A stretch of DNA of 64,000 nt from assembly GCA_036488585.1 (NCBI GenBank), contig DASXHH010000009.1, positions 366 to 64,365 of the forward strand. The letters run 5' to 3'. Source of the stretch: Candidatus Saccharimonadia bacterium. GTDB taxonomy: Bacteria; Patescibacteriota; Saccharimonadia; UBA4664. The position numbers and the translations under genes were made by a program. Of this stretch, positions 29,190 to 38,324 are shown piece by piece (position 1 is the stretch's first letter; every line of letters begins with the position of its first letter). The notes under the pieces are model-generated. The model ran no database searches. It had not been told where the DNA came from and was given only the letters and a program-made list of their open reading frames with translations.

Positions 29190-30824
29190 TTGAGAATATG
29201 GCAAAAAACAACCTTGGGACGATCGTCCCCACTTGCCCCCGGAGGCAAAATGCTCAATGCATCGAACGCGGGCACAACGGTTGTCCCCGCACGCAGGCCG
29301 TTTGTAATGGTACTCACGGACCGCCGCCTACTCACAAGGGCTGCCTGGCTCATGGCTATCATGGGTGCGGGCGGCTTTTTGCGATTGTGGGACCTCGGCC
29401 GGATCGGCTTCAACAGCGACGAAGCCGTGTATACAGGCCAGGCCGCAGCACTAGCCGGCAATCCGCATCTACAGCCGCTATTCCCGGTGTTCCGGGCCCA
29501 TCCCCTGCTGTTTCAAGTGTTGCTGTCGCTGGTACTGCGTACCGGCACGAGCGACATCAAAGCGCGGATGGTAGCGGCGGCTTTTGGCATAGCAACCATC
29601 CTGGTGGTGTACCTGTTGGGCAAACTGCTCTATGGGGCGCCCGTGGGTATGGTGAGCGCAGCCATTATGGCTGTCACGCCTTACGGCGTGGTGGTAAGCA
29701 GGCAAGTACTGCTAGACGGACCGATGGCGTTCTTCGCTACCGTTACGCTCTACTGCCTGGCGCGATACTGCTTGGTGCGAGACCCGCGCTGGCTGTACGC
29801 GGCAGGCGCCATGATGGGCCTCACCATCCTAGCCAAAGAGACCGCCGCGCTGCTTCTCGTGGCCATCTTCGAATTCTTCGCTCTAGTTCGCACCCGGCGA
29901 CCCCGGTGGCGGGAATGGAGCGCGGCCCTGCTGATAATGATAGCGGTGGTGGCGGTATACGTGGCCGCCTTGGTGGTGGCACACCGAACGCACACAGGCG
30001 AGCAGTACTTTCTGTGGCAGAGCGCACGCCCGGCCAACCATTCCTACGGCTTCTACATCCGAGTGGTGCCGCCGGCCGTGGGCTGGGGCGTGATAGCCCT
30101 GGCCTTCGGCGGCGCGGCTTGGACTTGGCGGAGCAACGGGTGGCGGGAAGGGCTACTGTTGACATGGGTACTGGTGCCGGCCGCGGTGTTCTCACTGGTA
30201 GTAGCCATAAAAGGCTTCCAATACCTCGAGTTCATCGCTCCGGCCCTGAGCGTGCTGGCAGCCAGGACAGTCGTTTTGGCCCCGGTTCGGCATAAGCCCA
30301 GGCAGGCCCGGTTGGTGCAAATCGGCCGGGCGGCGGTGGGCGCATTGCTGCTCGTGAGCCTGGCGATCACCAGCTGGCAACAGCTCAACCCGGCGCCCAC
30401 CACCAGCTTCCTAGCGGGATCAGGTGGGCTGCCCGGCGGCCGGGAAACCGGCTACTGGGTAGACGGCCACGTGCCACAAGGTGGGCAACTACTGACGATC
30501 GGGCCATCAATGGCTAACGTGATTCAGTTTTATGGTCACCGGCGGACCTTGGCGCTATCAGTGAGCCCGAACCCGCTTGACCGCAACCCGTCCTACGAGC
30601 CAGTGGACAATCCGGACCAGCAACTCAGACAAGGAAACTTTCAGTACCTGGTATGGGACACCTTCAGTGCCCATCGCTCCCCCACTTTCTCATCCAAGCT
30701 ACTCAGTTACGTCAGCAAATACCATGGCGTAGCGGTGTACACACAGCTAATCCCGGTGAGACAGCGGGACGGACACACGTTCAAGACCCCGGTAATCGTG
30801 ATCTACGAGGTGATAAGCACGTGA
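29190..30824 (+). CDS. GT-C glycosyltransferase (ArnT/PMT family)
   Basis: 'LRLWDLGRIGFNSDEAVY', HPLLF, many TM helices; exact start uncertain. Confidence 0.85.
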   Translation: MRIWQKTTLGRSSPLAPGGKMLNASNAGTTVVPARRPFVMVLTDRRLLTRAAWLMAIMGAGGFLRLWDLGRIGFNSDEAVYTGQAAALAGNPHLQPLFPVFRAHPLLFQVLLSLVLRTGTSDIKARMVAAAFGIATILVVYLLGKLLYGAPVGMVSAAIMAVTPYGVVVSRQVLLDGPMAFFATVTLYCLARYCLVRDPRWLYAAGAMMGLTILAKETAALLLVAIFEFFALVRTRRPRWREWSAALLIMIAVVAVYVAALVVAHRTHTGEQYFLWQSARPANHSYGFYIRVVPPAVGWGVIALAFGGAAWTWRSNGWREGLLLTWVLVPAAVFSLVVAIKGFQYLEFIAPALSVLAARTVVLAPVRHKPRQARLVQIGRAAVGALLLVSLAITSWQQLNPAPTTSFLAGSGGLPGGRETGYWVDGHVPQGGQLLTIGPSMANVIQFYGHRRTLALSVSPNPLDRNPSYEPVDNPDQQLRQGNFQYLVWDTFSAHRSPTFSSKLLSYVSKYHGVAVYTQLIPVRQRDGHTFKTPVIVIYEVIST

Positions 30825-32140
30825 AAGGTTACCGCATAATCGTGGACCTGGCACTAATGGCTGGGCTGGTAATATGGCCCCAAGCGGCTATAGCCAGCCC
30901 AGCTCCAGGGTCAGTCACACCCATCCAGCACCTCGTGGTGCTGATGCAATCCGGCCACTCCTTCGATAATTACTTCGGCACCTACCCAGGCGCCGATGGT
31001 ATCACTCAAGGAGTGTGCCTGCGCCCCGAGCTAAGCAAGACCAGCACTAACGGCTGCGTGCAGCCGTTCCATCTCGGCAATGAACCCGTTCAGGATCTCG
31101 AGCACAGCCTGAGCGTTTGGAGCCGCCAGTACGATAATGGCCTCATGGATGGTACAGTGGCGGCTTACCGGGCGCTGGGCCTGGGCACCAATACTCCCAT
31201 GGGCTATTACGACAGCCATGACCTGCCCTATTACTGGGGGGTGGCCCAGAACTATGTGCTATTCGACCACTTCTTTAGCTCGGCGCCCGTCGGGACCAGA
31301 CTCAACAGATTCTGGTGGGTTGCCGGGCGCTCCACTCCCGGCAACCTTGAGAGCCTCCCTAAAGGGGGCTACGGCAACATTCCAACCATCTTCGATCGGT
31401 TGGAGGCCGCCGGCGTGTCGTGGAAGTTCTACGTTCAGGGTTACCACCCGAATGTGACCTTCCGCTCCAACACCCGAGGCAAGAACTCCGAGCAGACGGC
31501 CTGGGTGCCACTGGTGGACTTTCCGCGGTTTGTAGATCAGCGAGAGCTGAATTCACACATTGTGGATATGAGCCAGTACTACACCGACCTCAACTCCGGC
31601 ACCCTGCCGGCGGTGGCGTTCATGACCTCGGCGCAGTCCAATGAGAGCCCGCCCGGTAACATCCAGGCGGGCCAACAGTTGGTGCGCCAGCTCACCACCA
31701 GCCTAGTCATGAGCCGCTATTGGCGTTCCAGCGCCTTTATGTGGACCTACGACGACTGGGGAGGCTGGTACGACCAAATGAAGCCGCCCCAGGGTTACGG
31801 TTTCCGGGTACCGGCGCTACTCATGAGCCCATACGCTAAAAAGGGCCAGGTTAACCACACAGTGCTTGATTACACGAGCATCCTGCGGTTTACCGAGTAC
31901 AACTGGCGGCTGGCACCACTGGCTAGTCGGGACTACCGGAGCAACAACCTGCTCAGTGCGTTCGACTTTACAGCTGGCCCACGCCCAGCCCAGCTGATCG
32001 GGCAAGCAGCCGTACTACCAGAAGCCAATGTCGCACCGGCTGTGTCAATTCTGTACCTACTCGCGATGGTGGTAGGGATTGCACTGGCACTGTGGGCATG
32101 GCTTACAACCCGATCGCCTGACGAGGTGATAAAAAAATGA
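30821..32140 (+). CDS. Phosphoesterase-family protein (phospholipase C/AcpA-like), membrane anchored
   Basis: IQHLVVLMQSGHSFDNYFG, YDDWGGWYD, GFRVP, DYTSILRF; GTGA overlap with upstream stop; C-terminal TM. Confidence 0.85.
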   Translation: MKGYRIIVDLALMAGLVIWPQAAIASPAPGSVTPIQHLVVLMQSGHSFDNYFGTYPGADGITQGVCLRPELSKTSTNGCVQPFHLGNEPVQDLEHSLSVWSRQYDNGLMDGTVAAYRALGLGTNTPMGYYDSHDLPYYWGVAQNYVLFDHFFSSAPVGTRLNRFWWVAGRSTPGNLESLPKGGYGNIPTIFDRLEAAGVSWKFYVQGYHPNVTFRSNTRGKNSEQTAWVPLVDFPRFVDQRELNSHIVDMSQYYTDLNSGTLPAVAFMTSAQSNESPPGNIQAGQQLVRQLTTSLVMSRYWRSSAFMWTYDDWGGWYDQMKPPQGYGFRVPALLMSPYAKKGQVNHTVLDYTSILRFTEYNWRLAPLASRDYRSNNLLSAFDFTAGPRPAQLIGQAAVLPEANVAPAVSILYLLAMVVGIALALWAWLTTRSPDEVIKK

Positions 32141-33174
32141 AACTGCTAAGCCGCGGACTCGGCTTGGTGCTAGGACTGGTGCTCACGGGCGGTCTACTAA
32201 TAGTAGCCGCCCCACCAGCATTGGCCCAGCGCATAGTTACCCTCACCATAGTCACCGTACCGCACCTGCCCGCCGCCCGGTTCTCGTTTGACGGCCAGAG
32301 GGTGACCTCCGACAGCAAGGGAGTGGTGCGGCTATACGTACCGGCGAGCCGGAGCCCACATAAACTGCAATTGCTGACGCCTACGATAAGGAGTGGCGGG
32401 ACGCAAGCCCAGTTTGTGCGGTGGTGGGGGCAACCCAACCACGACCAAGATTACAAAACCAACCTTACAGGACTGTCGGTAGACCGTAGCGAACGACTAC
32501 AGGTAGCGTTCAGGGTAAGTTACCTGGTGAAATATCGCATGGTCAATCAAAACCATCAGCCCGTCGATTCCCGCCGCATCGAGCAGGTGGTGATCAAATC
32601 GGATACCGGTGAGCTCATTAATGTCCATGGAGGGCAAGCACGACTGACAGGCTACCGGCCGGCGCTCCAAAGCGGGACGATGGCCGAGAAGCAAGCGGTG
32701 TACTCGCTGTGGACGATCACCATTAACGGCTCGGATGCGATACACGCAGGCCAAATGCGATTCCTGCCCAGTCTGCCGCGCGATCAGAACCTGGAGTTTG
32801 TGATACCGCTCAAGAGTATCCAAATTACTGCCAGTGATCGGCTGCTCGGAAGGAGCGTGGGGAAGGCAGTGGTACTGACATTTCCAGACCACACATCAAC
32901 CACCATCCCGTTTGGCAGGAGCCACACGATAACGATCAATAACCTGGTACGAGGCAACTACCAAGTCCGACTGGTGGGCTCGAGTGGATTCGGTGGCAAC
33001 CGATCGCTCTCCCTGTCACGCAACCAGAATATAGTCCTTCGGGTCTGGAACTTCGAGGACTTCGCGCTGGTACTGCTAGTGCTGATTATTATCGTCACTA
33101 GCAGTCTGGTGGGTGGTCGGCTGGGACGACCCAGGCGCGCCCGACGCAAAAACGCTAAGGAGTCCGTGCCATGA
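32137..33174 (+). CDS. Hypothetical exported beta-rich protein with C-terminal TM anchor
   Basis: Signal peptide, C-terminal hydrophobic helix and basic tail; ATGA-coupled on both sides. Confidence 0.75.
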   Translation: MKLLSRGLGLVLGLVLTGGLLIVAAPPALAQRIVTLTIVTVPHLPAARFSFDGQRVTSDSKGVVRLYVPASRSPHKLQLLTPTIRSGGTQAQFVRWWGQPNHDQDYKTNLTGLSVDRSERLQVAFRVSYLVKYRMVNQNHQPVDSRRIEQVVIKSDTGELINVHGGQARLTGYRPALQSGTMAEKQAVYSLWTITINGSDAIHAGQMRFLPSLPRDQNLEFVIPLKSIQITASDRLLGRSVGKAVVLTFPDHTSTTIPFGRSHTITINNLVRGNYQVRLVGSSGFGGNRSLSLSRNQNIVLRVWNFEDFALVLLVLIIIVTSSLVGGRLGRPRRARRKNAKESVP

Positions 33175-35339
33175 TGCGACTAATACGACGGCTGGGTCTG
33201 CTAACGGGCGCCATGATCGTGGCGCTATCTGTGACAGGCCTGGCGCCCGCCAGTGCCAGCTCTGGGCGACCCCCGGTGCTGGCCTACTACTACATCTGGT
33301 ATAACCAGGCGTCCTGGGGACATGGTAAGAGCGACTACCCGGCCCTAGGACGATATAATAGCGGCGACGCGAACATCATGCGCCAGCAGATCGAGCTGGC
33401 GAAGGGTGCGGGCATCGACGGCTTCATCGTGAGCTGGAAGGAGGCGCCCGACCTGGACGCGCGGCTGGCGACACTGGTGCAACTGGCACAGCAGGAGCAC
33501 TTTAAGCTGTCCGTCATCTACGAGGCACTGGATTACAACCGCCAGCCCCTGCCGGCGGCCAAGGTAGGCAGCGATCTGCAGTGGTTCGCAGCCCGCTACA
33601 GCAACAACCCAGTGTTTAACCTGTTCGGAAAGCCGCTGGTGATCTGGTCGGGAACGTGGATGTTCTCGCCCAGCGACATTCAAAAAGAAGTGGCGCCAGT
33701 GAGCAACCAGTTGCAGGTGCTGGCGTCGGAAAAAGACACTTCCGGATATCAACGACTGGCCGCGAGTGTCGCCGGTGACGCATACTACTGGTCGTCTGTG
33801 AACCCCTCCAGTAACCCCGGTTACGGCGTCAAACTGCACGACATGGCAAACATAGTTCACGCCGACCATGGGCTGTGGATTGCACCCTTTGCCCCTGGCT
33901 TCGATGCTCGGGACGTGGGCGGCCATGACGTGGTGTCGCGCAACGATGGCGACACACTAAGGACTGAGTACAGCACGGCGGTCACCTCCAGTCCTGATGC
34001 GCTGGGATTGATTAGCTGGAACGAGTACTCGGAGAATTCGGAGGTCGAACCCAGCCACAATACCGGCACGCTGTACCTGCGGGTACTACGCCAGCTCACT
34101 CACGGGCTCGGACCGAGCGCCGCTGAGCTGGGTATCGACTCCAGCGATTCCTCGGGCTCGGGCGGCGGCGGCCTGGCGCTACCCTTGCTAGGCCTGCTCG
34201 CGATACTGGTGCTCGTGACGATAGTGGGGATTCGCATGCGTGGCGGCCGCAACGACAACGACGAGGACGAGCCGCCTCCCCCACCACCGCGTCGCCGAGT
34301 TAGTTCAGGAAAGTTTCGAGCCGTAATGCGCCGCCGCGGGCTCGGACTCATCGTTGTGATGCTGGTGGCGCTGGTGCCGGCGGGAGCGACGGTGATTCCC
34401 AGCGACAAAGTCACTGAGACACCTCGTACAACGACGGCGGTGCCCGCGTCGGCGGTGGCTCATTACATGGGGCACATGCCGCCGGCCGGCAAAACCACAA
34501 TCACGATAGCCGCGGCCGGCGACATCGCCTGCACCGCGGGCGACCCGGATGCGGCTAACGCCCCGCTCTACAAAAACGATGTCTGCAAACAGCAGACCAC
34601 TGCCAACCTGATAACCAAGGTGATCCATCCGGATGCGGTGCTGCCGCTGGGCGACAACACCTATCCCAGCGGCAGCTTCAAAGGTTTCGAGCAGCTATAC
34701 GACCCGACATGGGGCAAGCTCAAGGCCATTACCTACCCAGTACCAGGTAACCATGAGTACGGCACGCCCGGAGCTAGCGGCTACTTCGCTTACTTCGGAA
34801 AGGCCGCCGGTATGCCAGGTCAGGGCTGGTACAGCTACAACATCGGCGACTGGCACATGGTGGCTCTCAACTCCGAGTGCGAGGATATTGGCGGCTGCGG
34901 CCGCGGGTCGCCCGAGGAGAGCTGGCTGCGGGCTGACCTGGCGGCCCATCCGGCGGCTTGCACGCTGGCCTACTGGCACAAGCCGCGTTGGAGCTCGGGC
35001 ACACACCACAGCAACGCCGCCTACAACGTCTTCTGGCAAGACTTGTACGCGGGCGGCGCTGACCTGGTGCTGGTCGGCCACGACCACGATTACGAGCGGT
35101 TCGCGCCGCTCGATCCCAGCGGAAAGGTGGATAACAACCGGGGAGTCCGGGAGATTGTAGCTGGCACCGGCGGCGACAGTCACTACCTCATACACACCCC
35201 GGTGAACGGTAGCCAGCGCCGCATCCAAGGAATATTTGGAGTGCTGGACCTAACGCTGCAACCACATGGTTACAGCTGGAAGTTTTTGGCGGAGCCAGGG
35301 GCGGGCGTGCTCGATTCTGGCTTGGCGGCCTGCCACTAA
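33171..35339 (+). CDS. GH99/GH71-like glycoside hydrolase fused to a metallophosphoesterase
   Basis: LAYYYIWY, AGIDGFIVSW, PGFD, ISWNEYSENSEVEP; two central TM segments; then AGDI, LGDN, PGNHEY, GHDHDYER. Confidence 0.8.
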   Translation: MMRLIRRLGLLTGAMIVALSVTGLAPASASSGRPPVLAYYYIWYNQASWGHGKSDYPALGRYNSGDANIMRQQIELAKGAGIDGFIVSWKEAPDLDARLATLVQLAQQEHFKLSVIYEALDYNRQPLPAAKVGSDLQWFAARYSNNPVFNLFGKPLVIWSGTWMFSPSDIQKEVAPVSNQLQVLASEKDTSGYQRLAASVAGDAYYWSSVNPSSNPGYGVKLHDMANIVHADHGLWIAPFAPGFDARDVGGHDVVSRNDGDTLRTEYSTAVTSSPDALGLISWNEYSENSEVEPSHNTGTLYLRVLRQLTHGLGPSAAELGIDSSDSSGSGGGGLALPLLGLLAILVLVTIVGIRMRGGRNDNDEDEPPPPPPRRRVSSGKFRAVMRRRGLGLIVVMLVALVPAGATVIPSDKVTETPRTTTAVPASAVAHYMGHMPPAGKTTITIAAAGDIACTAGDPDAANAPLYKNDVCKQQTTANLITKVIHPDAVLPLGDNTYPSGSFKGFEQLYDPTWGKLKAITYPVPGNHEYGTPGASGYFAYFGKAAGMPGQGWYSYNIGDWHMVALNSECEDIGGCGRGSPEESWLRADLAAHPAACTLAYWHKPRWSSGTHHSNAAYNVFWQDLYAGGADLVLVGHDHDYERFAPLDPSGKVDNNRGVREIVAGTGGDSHYLIHTPVNGSQRRIQGIFGVLDLTLQPHGYSWKFLAEPGAGVLDSGLAACH

Positions 35340-35620
35340 CATGGCGAAACTGGGCCGGGGTGCAATTTTTGCCCCCGGCTCGGCCCCTCAGTCAATTGCT
35401 TGGGGGTATGAACGATTTTTGCGCAAAGGTGCGCTATTTTTTTAGGACTTATAGAGATGAGTGACAGTCGTGAGTGGTTTAGGTTTTACACAAGCCGTTT
35501 TTTTCAGAAAAAAGGGGCTGGGTTCGGGCACCTTTCGGGTGCAGGGGGATCTTTCACAACCAAGAGCACATGCTGCTCGTATCGAATCGTGCAAGTGAAG
35601 CAACGAGGAAGAGGCAGACC

Positions 35621-37510
35621 ATGTCTAATGCCATGCCACAAACACAGACCGCTACCGACACAGTGCCGGAGCCCCGGCTCTGGATTATGCGCCTCCTTAG
35701 TCACCGGTTTACGCGCGAGGCCATCAGCTGGGCTATCGTCGGACTCACCGGCGTAGCCGTAAACCAGCTCGCGCTCTGGGTGTTCGTGCAAATCGGCCTT
35801 GGACTGTGGCTAGCCAACATCCTGAACACGCCGGTCTCGACCACCTGGAATTTCTGGTGGATCGAGAAGCAGGTATACCACAGTAGCCGTCACCATCGAC
35901 TACGCCGGTTCGCCGGCGTGCTAGCAATCAACACATCGCTACTCCTGGTGCAGGGGCCGATGCTCATCTTTCTCATCGAGGTGCTACATAAGCACTATCT
36001 GACGGCCAACCTGCTCACACTCGCGCCGCTGTGGATCGTGCGCATGCTGTTGAGCCGGACGCTCTGGTTCAACACGTTCACGTCGGCGATGGCCGGCGCC
36101 GGCACCATTACCGACATCCCGGACACCATCGACCCAGACGAGCGCCGCGGTCCGGCGCGCCTAATCGAAGACGATGAAGTGCGGGGGTACCTCTACCGGA
36201 ACCATCTGCGCTGGAAGCCGCGCGGCCACCGGCGTAGGTTCTTCTACGACGTACATGGTTTGGTCCGGATCGTGAGCGATGTGCGCCTGCCAGAGCTGAC
36301 CGTATTCCAGATACAGCTGCACAACAAGAAGCGAATCGAGAGATTCGTGAAGCGCAGTCAGATTAAGATCGCGCGAGGGCGAGTCGGCAACACCACGCCG
36401 CGACGGCGGGTTGAGGCTTACCGAGTGAATGGTAAGCTGTTTAGCTACCTGGAACAATGTGGTAACCTCGGCGCCAACTTCCATGTTTCCCATAAGCACG
36501 GCGGGGAGCGCGTTCAGATTCGGGTGAGCCCACTGCTGGCTGGATCACCGCATGTGCTATACACCAACGTGGTGGAGGCCGTACTGCGCTTTATGTTGGC
36601 GCAGCGCGGGTACATGCTACTGCATTCGGCTACCATGGAGCTCGATGGGCGCGGAGTAATGCTGTCCGCCCGCACGGACACCGGCAAAACCGGCACAGTC
36701 CTGCGGATGCTAGCGGAACACGGGGACCGTATCCGGTTCCTATCCGACGACATGACCATCGTGAATGCCAAGGGTGAAGCCTGGTGTTACCCCAAGCCGC
36801 TAACTATTAGCTCGCACACACTGCGGGCCGTGAACCGCAAGGCGCTGAACCGATGGCAGCGAGTATTCCTGCCTGTCCAGAGCCGGATCCATTCCAAGAG
36901 CGGCCGAGGGTTCGCATTCCTGCTGGCCAAGCTCAACCTGCCGATTATGTCGATCAACTGCCTGACGCAGATGATCATCCCGCCACCCAAGTACTGGGTG
37001 GACGAACTGGTGCCGTGTCGAATCGCCAGACAGACCAAAGTGAAGCACTTGTTTATCATCGAGCGCGGCCACCAGATGAGCGAGCGCCCGATCGGGTGCT
37101 ACGAGGCTGTGGACGTCATGTTGGCTAACACCGAAGACGCCTACGGCTTCCCACCGTTCGCGATACTGGCGCCGGCCCTCACTCTCGGCGAGATCAACAA
37201 CCTAGTGCTGCGGACACGTGAGCGCGAGATCCTTAACGAGTTCCTGCGCTACATTCCTGTCACCAATCTGGTCGACCCCAACTTTGGTTGGGCCGATCGC
37301 ATTCCGGCGGCGCTGGCCAAGGGTGCACTGCCGAGTTTCCTCGTCCAGCACCAGATTGACAGCGAGCAGCTTCTGGCTCGCCAGGCGGTGCAGTCGGCGC
37401 CAGAGCTGCCGGCACTGGACGGGAGCCATGTGCCAGCCAACGGTACGGTCCTCAGGGGCGTGGTCGTGAAGATAATCAATGCCGAAAACGGTAACCAGGC
37501 GGAGGGGTAG
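35621..37510 (+). CDS. GtrA-like membrane domain fused to an HprK-related P-loop kinase domain
   Basis: 4-TM GtrA pattern (VGLTGVAVN...STTWNF), then LLHSA, SARTDTGKT (Walker A) and FLSDD. Confidence 0.78.
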   Translation: MSNAMPQTQTATDTVPEPRLWIMRLLSHRFTREAISWAIVGLTGVAVNQLALWVFVQIGLGLWLANILNTPVSTTWNFWWIEKQVYHSSRHHRLRRFAGVLAINTSLLLVQGPMLIFLIEVLHKHYLTANLLTLAPLWIVRMLLSRTLWFNTFTSAMAGAGTITDIPDTIDPDERRGPARLIEDDEVRGYLYRNHLRWKPRGHRRRFFYDVHGLVRIVSDVRLPELTVFQIQLHNKKRIERFVKRSQIKIARGRVGNTTPRRRVEAYRVNGKLFSYLEQCGNLGANFHVSHKHGGERVQIRVSPLLAGSPHVLYTNVVEAVLRFMLAQRGYMLLHSATMELDGRGVMLSARTDTGKTGTVLRMLAEHGDRIRFLSDDMTIVNAKGEAWCYPKPLTISSHTLRAVNRKALNRWQRVFLPVQSRIHSKSGRGFAFLLAKLNLPIMSINCLTQMIIPPPKYWVDELVPCRIARQTKVKHLFIIERGHQMSERPIGCYEAVDVMLANTEDAYGFPPFAILAPALTLGEINNLVLRTREREILNEFLRYIPVTNLVDPNFGWADRIPAALAKGALPSFLVQHQIDSEQLLARQAVQSAPELPALDGSHVPANGTVLRGVVVKIINAENGNQAEG

Positions 37511-37575
37511 ATGGCAAGACAAAGAGAAGAGCTCTAACCAACCAAAGCCACCCGGGTGCCTCGAGTGGCACCCAT

Positions 37576-37613
37576 GCAGTTGCAAGAGAGCGGTCACGCT
37601 CTCTTGCAACTGC
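37576..37613. terminator. Perfect 17-bp stem hairpin between convergent genes
   Basis: gcagttgcaagagagcg-gtca-cgctctcttgcaactgc. Confidence 0.65.
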
Positions 37614-37640
37614 CAGTCAACTAGAACTTATTCATGAATA

Positions 37641-38309
37641 TTATTCCGTGGGCTCGGAAAGGCCTTGGCTGTGCAGAAACCGTTCGTGAATTTCGAGGGC
37701 CTCGTCGGCAATCTCCTGCGGATCGGAGGCGCCACGGAAGATAAACTTTTCTTCGGCGCCAGCCGATTCAATCTCCACATCGCCGTAATTGAAGATGGTT
37801 CGGGCAATGCCCTTGCGAGTGCCGGTGACGTCCTGAACACGCACGAAGGCTACCTGCGAAATCCGATGGCTAAACAGTCCGTATTGCTCGGCCACTAGCA
37901 GGTGAACGTTAGTAAAGATGAGCACATTGCGCTGATATACGAACAGTCCGATTAGAAAAATAAGGGCCGCCAGCACCAGCAAGATCACCACGAGTGCGAA
38001 AACCATGAGACGCGGGAACGGGATGGTATCCGGGTAGCGTCCCTCGCCAAACGCGAACGCGAGGGCTACCAGTATAAGCAGAACCGATGTGAACAACGTG
38101 GGCAATAGAGTGAGCGGATGACGGTGAATAATTCGGGTGATTTGCTCACCGGGATCTAGATCGAAGCCATAGGGCGTGGGAGTCTCGCCGGGCTCGGGCA
38201 ATTCGCCCGTTTCGGCCGAGTGCCCGACGGTTGGACCCGGCTGCTCGGGGGCCGGTGGCTGGGCTTGAGCCGGCGATTGGTTGGGCGTTGGAATGGGAGT
38301 TTGGTCCAT
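37641..38309 (-). CDS. Bacterial PH-domain membrane protein
   Basis: Two TM helices, then 'RVQDVT...IFNYGDVEIESAG'. Confidence 0.78.
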   Translation of the reverse strand: MDQTPIPTPNQSPAQAQPPAPEQPGPTVGHSAETGELPEPGETPTPYGFDLDPGEQITRIIHRHPLTLLPTLFTSVLLILVALAFAFGEGRYPDTIPFPRLMVFALVVILLVLAALIFLIGLFVYQRNVLIFTNVHLLVAEQYGLFSHRISQVAFVRVQDVTGTRKGIARTIFNYGDVEIESAGAEEKFIFRGASDPQEIADEALEIHERFLHSQGLSEPTE

Positions 38310-38324
38310 GGTAAAGCTATTATA

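Noticed and set aside
29198-30295. 365-aa alternative-frame ORF inside the GT-C gene
   Set aside because: Arg/Gly/Pro-rich composition typical of off-frame GC-rich DNA; the overlapping frame has clear GT-C features.
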